Below, piece by piece: positions 38,501 to 50,599 of a DNA stretch of 64,000 nucleotides (position 1 is the first letter of the stretch; every line of letters starts with the position of its first letter). The stretch comes from Eledone cirrhosa (Eukaryota): positions 133,548,001 to 133,612,000 of the forward strand of contig OZ024743.1 in NCBI GenBank assembly GCA_964016885.1, written 5' to 3'. The translations under genes were made by a program, and so were the position numbers. The notes beneath the pieces were generated by a model. That model did no database searches and was not told the DNA's origin. It saw nothing but the letters and a program-made list of their open reading frames with translations.

Positions 38501-41500
38501 TGGGGTTTGCTGTTTGGTGCGTGGAGCTTGGTATTTGGTGCTTGGTGCTTGGTGTTTGGTGTTTGGTGCTTGGGGTTTGGTGTTTGGTGCTTGGTGCTTG
38601 GTGTTTGGTGCTTGGTGCTTGGTGTTTGGTGCTTGGTGCTTTGTGTTTGGTGCTTGGTGTTTGGTGCTTGGTGCATGGTGCTTGGTGCTTGGTGTTAGGT
38701 GTTTGGTGCTTGGTGATTGGTGTTTGATGTTACGTTCTTGGTGTTTGGTGTTTGGTGTTTGGTGCTTGGTACTTGGTGTTTGGTGTTTGGTGGTTGCTGC
38801 TTGGTGCTTGGTGTTTTGTGTTTGGAGTTTGGTGCTTGGTGTTTGGTGCTTCGGTCTTGGTGTTTGGTGTTTGGTGATTGCTGCTTGGTGCTTGGTGTTT
38901 GGTGCTTGGTGCTTGGTGCTTGGTGTTTGGTGCTTGGTGCTTTGTGTTTGGTGCTTGGTGTTTGGTGCTTGGTGCTTGGTGCTTGGTGCTTGGTGTTTGG
39001 TGTTTGGTGCTTGGTGTTTGGTGTTTGGTACTTGGTGCTTGGTGCTTGGTGCTTGGTGTTTGGTGCTTGGTGTTTGATGCTGCGTGCTTGGTGTTTGGTG
39101 TTTGGTGCTTGGTACTTGGTGTTTGGTGTTTGGAGCTTGGTTCCTGCTGCTTGTTGTTTGGTGTTTGGTGCTTGGTGCTTGGTGTTTGGTGTTTGGTGCT
39201 TGGTGTTTGGTGCTTGGTATCTGGTGTTTGGTGCTTGATGTTTGGTGTTTGGTGCTTGGTGCTTGGTGCTTGGTGTTTGGTGTTTGGTGCTTGGTGCTTG
39301 GTGTTTGGTGCTTGGTGTTTGGTGTTTGGTGTTTGATGCTTGGTGTTTGCTGCTTGGTGCATGGTGCTTGGTGTTTTGTGTTTGGTGCTTGGTGCCTGGT
39401 GCCTGGTGCTTGGTGCTTGGTGCTTGTTGTTTGGTGCTTGGTGCTTGGTGATTAGTGTTTGGTGCTTGGTGCTTGCGGTTTGATGTTTGGTGCCTGGGGT
39501 TTGGTGTTTGGTGCTTGGTGCTTGGTGTTTGGTGCTTGGTGCTTGGTGTTTGGTGTTTGGTGCTTGGTGCTCGGTGTTTGGTGCTTGGTGCTTGGTGTTT
39601 GGTGCTTGGTGTTTGGTGCTTGGTGCTTGGTGCTTGGTGCTTGGTGTTAGGTGTTTGGTGCTTGGTGCTTCGTGTTTGATGTTTGGTCCTTGGTGCTTGG
39701 TGTTTGGTGTTTGGTGCTTGGTGCTTGGTGTTTGGTGTTTGGTGCTTGCTGCTTGCTGCTTGGTGTTTGGTGCTTGGTGATTGGTGCTTGGTGTTTTGTG
39801 CTTGGTGCTTGATGTTTGGTGTTTGGTGCTAGGGGCTTGGTGCTTGGTGCTTGGTGTTTGGTGCTTGGTGCTTGCTGTTTGGTGTTTGGTGCTTGGTGCT
39901 TGGTGCTTGGTGTTTGATCTTGGGTCCTTGGTGCTTGGTGTTTGTTGTTTGGTGCTTGGTGCTTGGTGTTTGGTGCTTGGTGCTTGGTGTTTGGTGTTTG
40001 GTGGTTGGTGCTTGGGGCTTGGTGTTTGGTGCTTGGTGCTTGGTGTTTGGTGCTTGGTGCTTGGGGCTTGGTAGTTGGTGCTTGGTGCTTGGTGCCTGGT
40101 GTTTGGTGTTTGGTGTTTGGTGCTTGGTGTTTGGTGCTTGGTGCTTGGTGCTGGGTGGTTGGTGTTTGGTGCTTGGTGCTTGGTGTTTGGTGCTTGGTGC
40201 TTGGTGCTTGGTGTTTGGTGCTTGGTGCTTGGTGCTTGGTGTTTGGTGCTTGGTCCTTGGGGTTTGCTGTTTGGTGCGTGGTGCTTGGTATTTGGTGCTT
40301 GGTGCTTGGTGTTTGGTGTTTGGTGCTTGGAGTTTGGTGTTTGGTGCTTGGTGCTTGGTGCTTGGTGTTTGGTGCTTGGTGCTTGGTGTTTGGTGCTTGG
40401 TGCTTTGTGTTTGGTGCTTGGTGTTTGGTGCTTGGTGCTTGGTGCTTGGTGCTTGGTGTTAGGTGTTTGGTGCTTGGTGATTGGTGTTTGATGTTAGGTT
40501 CTTGGTGCTTGGTGTTTGGTGTTTGGTGCTTGGTGCTTGGTGTTTGGTGTTTGGTGCTTGGTGTTTTGTGTTTGGAGTTTAGTGCTTGGTGTTTGGTGCT
40601 TCGGTCTTGGTGTTTGGTGTTTGGTGCTTGGTGCTTTGTGTTTGGTGTTTGGTGCCTGGTGCTTGGTGTTTGGTGGTTGATGTTTGGTGTTTGGTGATTG
40701 GTGCTTGGTGTTTGGTGCTTGGTGCTTGGTGCTTGGTGCTTGGTGTTAGGCGTTTGGTGCTTGGTGCTTGGTGATTGATGTTTGGTCCTTGGTGCTTGGT
40801 GTTTGGTATTTGGTGCTTGGTGCTTGGTGCTTGGTGTTTGGTGTTTGGTGCTTGCTGCTTGCTGCTTGGTGTTTGGAGCTAGGGGCTTGGTGCTTGGTGC
40901 TTGGTGTTTGGTGCTTGGTGCTTGGTGTTTGGTGTTTGGTGCTTGGTGCGTGGGACTTGGTGTTTGGTGCCTGGTGTTTGGTGTTTGGTGTTTGGTGCTT
41001 GGTGCCTGGTGCTTGGTGTTTGGTGTTTGGTGCTTGGTGTTTGGTGCTTGGGGTTTCGTGCTTGGTGTTCGGTGCTTGGTGCTTGGTGCTTGGTGCTTGG
41101 TGTTTGGTGTTTGGTGCTTGGTGCTTGGTGTTTGATGTTTGGTCCTTGGTGCTTGGTGTTTGGTGTTGTGTGCTTGGTGCTTGGTGCTTGGTGTTTGGTG
41201 CTTGGTGTTTGGTGCTTGGTGTTTGGTGATTGGTGTTTGGTGCTTGGTGTTTGGGGCTTGGTGTTCGGTGCTTGGTGCTTGGTGCTTGGGGCTTGGTGTT
41301 TGGTGTTTGGTGCTTGGTGCTTGGTGTTTGATCTTGGGTCCTTGGTGCTTGGTCTTTGGTGTTTGGTGCTTGGTGCTTGGTGTTTGGTGCTTGGTGCTTG
41401 GTGTTTGGTGTTTGGTGCTTGGTGCTTGGGGCTTGGTGTTTGGTGCTTGGTGCTTGGTGTTTGGTGCTTGGTGCTTGGGGCTTGGTAGTTGGTGCTTGGT

Positions 41501-44260
41501 GCTTGGTGCCTGGTGTTTGGTGTTTGGAGTTTGGTGCTTGGTGTTTGGTGCTTGGTGCTTGGTGCTGGGTGGTTGGTGTTTGGTGCTTGGTGCTTGGTGT
41601 TTGGTGCTTGGTGCTTGGTGCTTGTTGTTTGGTGCTTGGTGTTTGGTGCTTGGTCTTTGGTGCATGGTGTTTGGTGTTTGGCGCTTGGTGCTTGGTGCTT
41701 GGTGTTTGGTGCTTGGTGCTTGGTGCTTGGTGTTTGGTGCTTGGTTCTTGGTGATTAGTGTTTGTTGCTTGGTGCTTGGGGTTTGGTGTTTTGTCCTTGG
41801 TGCTTGGTGTTTGGTGTTTGGTGTTTGGTGTTTGGTGTTTGCTGTTTGGTGGCTGCTTTTTGGTGTTTGGTGTTTGCTGTATGGGGTTTGCTGTTTCGTA
41901 TTTGGTTTTTGCTGTTTGGTGTTTGGTGTTTGGTGTTTGGTGCTTGGTGCCTGGTGCTTGTTGTATGGTGTTTGGTGCTTGGTGCTTGGTGTTTGGTGTT
42001 TGCTGCTTGGTGTCTGGTGTTTGGTGCTTGGTGTTTGGTGTTTGGTGCTTGGTGCTTGGTGCTTGGTGTTTGGTGTTTGGTGCTTGGTGCTTGGTGTTTG
42101 GTGTTTGGTGCTGGGTGCATGGAGTTTGGTGCTTTGTGCTTAGTGCTTGGTGTTTGGTGTTTGGTGCTTGGTATTTGGTGTTTGGTGTTTGATGCTTGGT
42201 GTGTGGTGCTTGGTGCTTGGTGCCTGGTGCTTGGTGCTTGGTGCTTGTTGTTTGGTGCTTGGTGCTTGGTGATTAGTGTTTGGTGCTTGGTCCTTGGGGT
42301 TTGCTGTTTGGTGCGTGGAGCTTGGTATTTGGTGCTTGGTGCTTGGTGTTTGGTGTTTGGTGCTTGGGGTTTGGTGTTTGGTGCTTGGTGCTTGGTGTTT
42401 GGTGCTTGGTGCTTGGTGTTTGGTGCTTGGTGCTTTGTGTTTGGTGCTTGGTGTTTGGTGCTTGGTGCATGGTGCTTGGTGCTTGGTGTTAGGTGTTTGG
42501 TGCTTGGTGATTGGTGTTTGATGTTACGTTCTTGGTGCTTGGTGTTTGTTTTTTGGTGCTTGGTACTTGGTGTTTGGTGTTTGGTGGTTGCTGCTTGGTG
42601 CTTGGTGTTTTGTGTTTGGAGTTTGGTGCTTGGTGTTTGGTGCTTCGGTCTTGGTGTTTGGTGTTTGGTGATTGCTGCTTGGTGCTTGGTGTTTGGTGCT
42701 TGGTGCTTGGTGATTGGTGTTTGGTGATTGGTGCTTGGGGTTTGCTGTTTGGTGCTTGGTGTTTGGTGCTTGGTGCTTGCTGTTTGGTGTTTGGTGTCTG
42801 GTGCTTGGTGCTTGCTGCTTGGTGTTTGGTGCTTGGTGCTTGGTGCTTGGTGTTTGGTGCTGCGTGCTTGGTGTTTGGTGTTTGGTGCTTGGTGCCTGGT
42901 GCTTGTTGTTTGGTGTTTGGTGCTTAGTGCTTGGTGTTTGGTGTTTGGTGCTTGGTGCTTGGTGGCTGGTGCTTGGTGCTTGGTGTTTGGAGTTTGGTGC
43001 TTGGTGCTTGGTGCCTGGTGTTTCGTGCTTGGTGCTTGGTGCTTGGTGTTTGGTGTTTGGTGCTTGGTGTTTGGTGTTTGGTACTTGGTGCTTGGTGCTT
43101 GGTGCTTGGTGTTTGGTGCTTGGTGTTTGATGCTGCGTGCTTGGTGTTTGGTGTTTGGTGCTTGGTACTTGGTGTTTGGTGTTTGGAGCTTGGTTCCTGC
43201 TGCTTGTTGTTTGGTGTTTGGTGCTTGGTGCTTGGTGTTTGGTGTTTGGTGCTTGGTGTTTGGTGCTTGGTATCTGGTGTTTGGTGCTTGATGTTTGGTG
43301 TTTGGTGCTTGGTGCTTGGTGCTTGGTGCTTGGTGTTTGGTGTTTGGTGCTTGGTGCTTGGTGTTTGGTGCTTGGTGTTTGGTGTTTGGTGTTTGATGCT
43401 TGGTGTTTGCTGCTTGGTGCATGGTGCTTGGTGTTTTGTGTTTGGTGCTTGGTGCCTGGTGCCTGGTGCTTGGTGCTTGGTGCTTGTTGTTTGGTGCTTG
43501 GTGCTTGGTGATTAGTGTTTGGTGCTTGGTGCTTGCGGTTTGATGTTTGGTGCCTGGGGTTTGGTGTTTGGTGCTTGGTGCTTGGTGTTTGGTGCTTGGT
43601 GCTTGGTGTTTGGTGTTTGGTGCTTGGTGCTCGGTGTTTGGTGCTTGGTGCTTGGTGTTTGGTGCTTGGTGTTTGGTGCTTGGTGCTTGGTGCTTGGTGC
43701 TTGGTGTTAGGTGTTTGGTGCTTGGTGCTTCGTGTTTGATGTTTGGTCCTTGGTGCTTGGTGTTTGGTGTTTGGTGCTTGGTGCTTGGTGTTTGGTGTTT
43801 GGTGCTTGCTGCTTGCTGCTTGGTGTTTGGTGCTTGGTGATTGGTGCTTGGTGTTTTGTGCTTGGTGCTTGATGTTTGGTGTTTGGTGCTAGGGGCTTGG
43901 TGCTTGGTGCTTGGTGTTTGGTGCTTGGTGCTTGCTGTTTGGTGTTTGGTGCTTGGTGCTTGGTGCTTGGTGTTTGATCTTGGGTCCTTGGTGCTTGGTG
44001 TTTGTTGTTTGGTGCTTGGTGCTTGGTGTTTGGTGCTTGGTGCTTGGTGTTTGGTGTTTGGTGGTTGGTGCTTGGGGCTTGGTGTTTGGTGCTTGGTGCT
44101 TGGTGTTTGGTGCTTGGTGCTTGGGGCTTGGTAGTTGGTGCTTGGTGCTTGGTGCCTGGTGTTTGGTGTTTGGTGTTTGGTGCTTGGTGTTTGGTGCTTG
44201 GTGCTTGGTGCTGGGTGGTTGGTGTTTGGTGCTTGGTGCTTGGTGTTTGGTGCTTGGTGC
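24000..44260 (+). repeat. 8120-bp (1160-unit) higher-order repeat, about 2.5 near-identical copies, a dimer of two ~4-kb sub-monomers
   Basis: Offset 8120 for 24346/32466/40586, 25518/33638/41758, 27268/35388, 29844/37964 and 31335/39455, changing to 8127 after ~43320. Internal alternation is 4326+3794 (or 4067+4053, depending on the anchor). Confidence 0.95.
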
Positions 44261-47200
44261 TTGGTGCTTGGTGTTTGGTGCTTGGTGCTTGGTGCTTGGT
44301 GTTTGGTGCTTGGTTCTTGGTGATTAGTGTTTGTTGCTTGGTGCTTGGGGTTTGGTGGTTGGTCCTTGGTGCTTGGTGTTTGGTGTTTGGTGTTTGGTGT
44401 TTGGTGTTTGCTGTTTGGTGTCTGCTTTTTGGTGTTTGGTGTTTGCTGTATGGTGTTTGCTGTTTCGTATTTGGTTTTTGCTGTTTGGTGTTTGGTGTTT
44501 GCTGTTTTGTGTTTGGTGCTTGGTGTTTGGTGTTTGGTGCTTGGTATTTGGTGTTTGGTGTTTGATGCTTGGTGTGTGGTGCTTGGTGCTTGGTGTTTTG
44601 TGTTTGGTGCTTGGTGCTTGGTGCCTGGTGCTTGGTGCTTGGTGCTTGTTGTTTGGTGCTTGGTGCTTGGTGATTAGTGTTTGGTGCTTGGTCCTTGGGG
44701 TTTGCTGTTTGGTGCGTGGTGCTTGGTATTTGGTGCTTGGTGCTTGGTATTTGGTGTTTGGTGTTTGATGCTTGGTGTGTGGTGCTTGGTGCTTGGTGTT
44801 TGGTGCTTGGAGTTTGGTGTTTGGTGCTTGGTGCTTGGTGCTTGGTGTTTGGTGCTTGGTGCTTGGTGTTTGGTGCTTGGTGCTTTGTGTTTGGTGCTTG
44901 GTGTTTGGTGCTTGGTGCTTGGTGCTTGCTGCTTGGTGTTAGGTGTTTGGTGCTTGGTGATTGGTGTTTGATGTTAGGTTCTTGGTGCTTGGTGTTTGGT
45001 GTTTGGTGCTTGGTGCTTGGTGTTTGGTGTTTGGTGCTTGGTGTTTTGTGTTTGGAGTTTGGTGCTTGGTGTTTGGTGCTTCGGTCTTGGTGTTTGGTGT
45101 TTGGTGCTTGGTGCTTGGTGTTTGGTGTTTGGTGCCTGGTGCTTGGTGTTTGGTGGTTGATGTTTGGTGTTTGGTGATTGGTGCTTGGTGTTTGGTGCTT
45201 GGTGCTTGGTGCTTGGTGCTTGGTGTTAGGCGTTTGGTGCTTGGTGCTTGGTGATTGATGTTTGGTGCTTGGTGCTTGGTGTTTGGTATTTGGTGCTTGG
45301 TGCTTGGTGCTTGGTGTTTGGTGTTTGGTGCTTGCTGCTTGCTGCTTGGTGTTTGGAGCTAGGGGCTTGGTGCTTGGTGCTTGGTGTTTGGTGCTTGGTG
45401 CTTGGTGTTTGGTGTTTGGTGCTTGGTGCGTGGGACTTGGTGTTTGGTGCTTGGTGTTTGGTGTTTGGTGTTTGGTGCTTGGTGCCTGGTGCTTGGTGTT
45501 TGGTGTTTGGTGCTTGGTGTTTGGTGCTTGGGGTTTCGTGCTTGGTGTTCGGTGCTTGGTGCTTGGTGCTTGGTGCTTGGTGTTTGGTGTTTGGTGCTTG
45601 GTGCTTGGTGTTTGATGTTTGGTCCTTGGTGCTTGGTGTTTGGTGTTGTGTGCTTGGTGCTTGGTGCTTGGTGTTTGGTGCTTGGTGCTTGGTGCTTGGT
45701 GTTTGGCGTTTGCTGTTTGCTGTTTGGTGTTTGCTGTTTGCTGTTTGGTGTTTGCTGTTTGGTGTTTGGTGTTTGGTGCTTGCTGTTTGGTGCTTGGTGC
45801 TTGGTGTTTGGTGTTTGGTGCTTGGTGTTTGGTGCTTGGTGCTTGGTGCTGGGTGTTTGGTGCTTGGTGCTTGGTGTTTGGTGCTTGCTGCTTGGTGCTT
45901 GGTGTTTGGTCCTTGGTGCTTGGAGCTTGGTGTTTGGTGCTTGGGTTTTGGTGTTTGGTGCTTGGTGCTTGGTGTTTGGTGCTTGGTGCTTGGTGCTTGG
46001 TGCTTGGTGTTTGGTGCTTGCTGCTTGGTGCTTGGTGTTTGGTGCTTGGTGCTTGGTGATTAGTGTTTGGTGATTGGTGCTTGGGGTTTGGTTTTTGGGG
46101 CTTGGTGTTTGGTGCTTGGTGCTTGCTGTTTGGTGTTTGGTGTTTGGTTCTTGGCGCTTGGTGTTTGGTGTTTGGTGTTTGGTGCTTGGTGCTTGGTGCT
46201 TGGTGTTTGGTGCTTGGTGCTTGGTGCTTGGTGTTTGGTGCTGCGTACTTGGTGTTTGGTGTTTGGTGCTTGGTGCCTGGTGCTTGTTGTTTGGTGTTTG
46301 GTGCTTAGTGCTTGGTGTTTGGTGTTTGGTCCTTGGTGCTTGGTGGCTGGTGTTTGGTGCTTGGTGTTTGGAGTTTGGTGCTTGGTGCTTGGTGCCTGGT
46401 GTTTCGTGCTTGGTGCTTGGTGCTTGGTGTTTGGTGTTTGGTGCTTGGTGTTTGGTGTTTGGTGCTTGGTACTTGGTGCTTGGTGCTTGGTGCTTGGTGT
46501 TTGGTGCTTGGTGTTTGATGCTGCGTGCTTGGTGTTTGGTGTTTGGTGCTTGGTGCTTGGTGTTTGGTGTTTGGAGCTTGGTGCCTGGTGCTTGTTGTTT
46601 GGTGTTTGGCGCTTGGTGCTTGGTGTTTGGTGTTTGGTGCTTGATGTTTGGTGTTTGGTGCTTGGTGCTTGGTGCTTGGTATCTGGTGTTTGGTGCTTGA
46701 TGTTTGGTGTTTGGTGCTTGGTGTTTGGTGTTTGGTGCTTGGTGCTTGGTGTTTGGTGCTTGGTGTTTGGTGTTTGGTGTTTGATGCTTGGTGTTTGCTG
46801 CTTGGTGCTTGGTGCTTTGTGTTTTGTGTTTGGTGCTTGGTGCTTGGTGCCTGGTGCTTGGTGCTTGGTGCTTGTTGTCAGGTGCTTGGTGCTTGGTGAT
46901 TAGTGTTTGGTGCTTGGTGCTTGCGGTATGGTGTTAGGTGCTTGGGGTTTGGTGTTTGGTGCTTGGAGCTTGGTGTTTGGTGCTTGGTGCTTGGTGCTTG
47001 GTGTTTGGTGCTTGGTGCTTGGTGTTTGGTGTTTGGTGCTTGGTGTTTGGTGTTTGGCGTTTGCTGTTTGCTGTTTGCTGTTTGGTGTTTGCTGTTTGGT
47101 GTTTGCTGTTTGGTGTTTGGTGCTTGCTGTTTGGTGCTTGGTGCTTGGTGTTTGGTGTTTGGTGCTTGGTGCTTGGTGCTGGGTGTTTGGTGCTTGGTGC

Positions 47201-50200
47201 TTGGTGTTTGGTGTTTGGTGCTTGGTGCTTGGTGTTTGGTCCTTGGTGCTTGGTGCTTGGTCTTTGGTGCTTGGGTTTTGGTGTTTGGTGCTTGGTGCTT
47301 GGTGTTTGGTGCTTGGTTCTTGGTGCTTGGTGCTTGGTGTTTGGTGATTGCTGCTTGGTGCTTGGTGTTTGGTGCTTGGTGCTTGGTGATTAGTGTTTGG
47401 TGATTGGTGCTTGGGGTTTGCTGTTTGGTGCTTGGTGTTTGGTGCTTGGTGCTTGCTGTTTGGTGTTTGGTGTTTGGTTCCTGGTGCTTGGTTTTTGGTG
47501 CTTGGTGCTTGGTGCTTGCTCTTTGGTGCTGCGTGCTTGGTGTTTGGTGTTTGGTGCTTGGTGCCTGGTGCTTGTTGTTTGGTGTTTGGTGCTTAGTGCT
47601 TGGTGTTTGGAGTTTGGTGCTGGGTGCTTGGTGCCTGGTGTTTCGTGCTTGGTGCTTGGTGCTTGGTGTTTGGTGTTTGGTGCTTGGTGTTTGGTGTTTG
47701 GTACTTGGTGCTTGGTGCTTGGTGCTTGGTGTTTGGTGCTTGGTGTTTGATGCTGCGTGCTTGGTGTTTGGTGTTTGGTGCTTGGTGCTTGGTGTTTGGT
47801 GTTTGGAGCTTGGTGCCTGCTGCTTGTTGTTTGGTGTTTGGTGCTTGCTGCTTGGTGTTTGGTGTTTGGTGCTTGGTGCTTGGTGCTTGGTATCTGGTGT
47901 TTGGTGCTTGATGTTTGGTGTTTGGTGCTTGGTGCTTGGTGTTTGGTGTTTGGTGCTTGGTGCTTGGTGTTTGGTGCTTGGTGTTTGGTGTTTGGTGTTT
48001 GATGCTTGGTGTTTGCTGCTTGGTGCTTGGTGCTTGGTGTTTTGTGTTTGGTGCTTGGTGCTTGGTGCCTGGTGCTTGGTGCTTGGTGCTTGATGTTTGG
48101 TGCTTGGTGCTTGGTGATTAGTGTTTGGTGCTTGGTTCTTGGTGTTTGGTGCTTGGTGCTTGGGGCTTGGTATTTGGTGCTTGGTGCTTGGTGCCTGGTG
48201 TTTGGTGTTTGGTGTTTGGTGCTTGGTCTTTGGTGCTTGGTGCTTGGTGCTGGGTGGTTGGTGTTTGGTGCTTGGTACTTGGTGTTTGGTGCTTGGTGCT
48301 TGGTGCTTGTTGTTTGGTGCTTGGTGTTTGGTGCTTGGTCTTTGGTGCATGGTGTTTGGTGTTTGGTGCTTTGTGCTTGGTGCTTGGTGTTTGGTGCTTG
48401 GTGCTTGGTGCTTGGTGTTTGGTGCTTGGTGCTTGGTGATTAGTGTTTGTTGTTTGGTGCTTGGGGTTTGGTGGTTGGTGCTTGGTGCTTGGTGTTTGGT
48501 GTTTTGTGTTTGGTGTTTGCTGTTTGCTGTTTGGTGTCTGCTTTTTGGTGTTTGGTGTTTGCTGTATGGTGTTTGCTGTTTCGTATTTGGTTTTTGCTGT
48601 TTGGTGTTTGGTGTTTGCTGTTTGGTGTTTGGTGTTTGGTGTTTGGTGCTTGGTGCTTGGTGCTTGGTGTTTGGTGCTTGGTGCTTGGTATTTGGTGTTT
48701 GGTGCCTGGTGCTTGTTGTATGGTGTTTGGTGCTTGGTGCTTGGTGTTTGCTGTTTGCTGCTTGGTGTCTGGTGTTTGGTGCTTGGTGTTTGGTGTTTGG
48801 TGCTTGGTGATTAGTGTTTGGTGATTGGTGCTTGGGGTTTGGTGTTTGGGGCTTGGTGTTTGGTGCTTGGTGCTTGCTGTTTGGTGTTTGGTGTTTGGTG
48901 CTTGGTGTTTGGTGTTTGGTGTTTGGTGCTTGGTGCTTGGTGCTTGGTGTTTGGTGCTTGGTGCTTGGTGCTTGGTGTTTGGTGCTGCGTGCTTGGTGTT
49001 TCGTGTTTGGTGCTTGGTGCCTGGTGCTTGTTGTTTGGTGTTTGGTGCTTAGTGCTTGGTGCTTGGTGCTTGGTGGCTGGTGTTTGGTGCTTGGTGTTTG
49101 GAGTTTGGTGCTTGGTGCTTGGTGCCTGGTGTTTCGTGCTTGGTGCTTGGTGTTTGGTGTTTGGTGCTTGGTACTTGGTGCTTGGTGCTTGGTGCTTGGT
49201 GTTTGGTGCTTGGTGTTTGATGCTGCGTGCTTGGTGTTTGGTGTTTGGTGCTTGGTGCTTGGTGTTTGGTGTTTGGTGCTTGATGTTTGGTGTTTGGTGC
49301 TTGGTGCTTGGTGCTTGGTATCTGGTGTTTGGTGATTGATGTTTGGTGTTTGGTGCTTGGTGTTTGGTGTTTGGTGCTTGGTGCTTGGTGTTTGGTGCTT
49401 GGTGTTTGGTGTTTGGTGTTTGATGCTTGGTGTTTGCTGCTTGGTGCTTGGTGCTTTGTGTTTTGTGTTTGGTGCTTGGTGCTTGGTGCTTGTTGTTTGG
49501 TGCTTGGTGCTTGGTGATTAGTGTTTGGTGCTTGGTGCTTGCGGTTTGGTGTTTGGTGCTTGGGGTTTGGTGTTTGGTGCTTGGTGCTTGGTGTTTGGTG
49601 CTTGGTGCTTGGTGCTTGGTGTTTGGTGCTTGGTGCTTGGTGTTTGGTGCTTGGTGCTTGGTGTTTGGTGATTGGCGTTTGCTGTTTGCTGTTTGGTGTT
49701 TGCTGTTTGCTGTTTGGTGTTTGCTGTTTGGTGTTTGGTGTTTGGTGCTTGCTGTTTGGTGCTAGGTGCTTGGTGTTTGGTGTTTGGTGCTTGGTGCTTG
49801 GTGCTGGGTGTTTGGTGCTTGGTGCTTGGTGTTTGGTGCTTGGTGCTTGGTGCTTGGTGTTTGGTCCTTGGTGCTTGGTGCTTGGTCTTTGGTGCTTGGG
49901 TTTTGGTGTTTGGTGCTTGGTGCTTGGTGTTTGGTGCTTGGTTCTTGCTGCTTGGTGCTTGGTGTTTGGTGCTTGGTGCTTGGTGATTAGTGTTTGGTGA
50001 TTGGTGCTTGGGGTTTGCTGTTTGGTGCTTGGTGTTTGGTGCTTGGTTCTTGCTGTTTGGTGTTTGGTGTTTGCATCCTGGTGCTTGGTTTTTGGTGTTT
50101 GGTGTTTGGTGCTTGGTGCTTGGTGCTTGGTGTTTGGTGCTTCGTGCTTGGTGCTTGCTGTTTGGTGCTGCGTGCTTGGTGTTTGGTGTTTGGTGCTTGG

Positions 50201-50599
50201 TGCCTGGTGCTTGTTTGGTGTTTGGTGCTTGGTGCTTGGTGGCTGATGCTTGTTGCTTGATGTTTGGAGTTTGGTGCTTGGTGCTTGGTGCCTGGTGTTT
50301 TGTGCTTGGTGCTTGGTGCTTGGTGTCTGGTGTTTGGTGCTTGGTGTTTGGTGTTTGGTACTTGGTGCTTGGTGCTTGGTGCTTGGTGTTTGGTGCTTGG
50401 TGTTTGATGCTGCGTGCTTGGTCTTTGGTGTTTGGTGCTTGGTGCTTGGTGTTTGGTGTTTGGCGCTTGGTGCCTCCTGCTTGTTGTTTGGTGTTTGGTG
50501 CTTGCTGCTTGGTGTTTGGTGTTTGGTGCTTGGTGCTTGGTGCTTGGTATCTGGTGTTTGGTGCTTGATGTTTGGTGTTTGGTGCTTGGTGCTTGGTGT

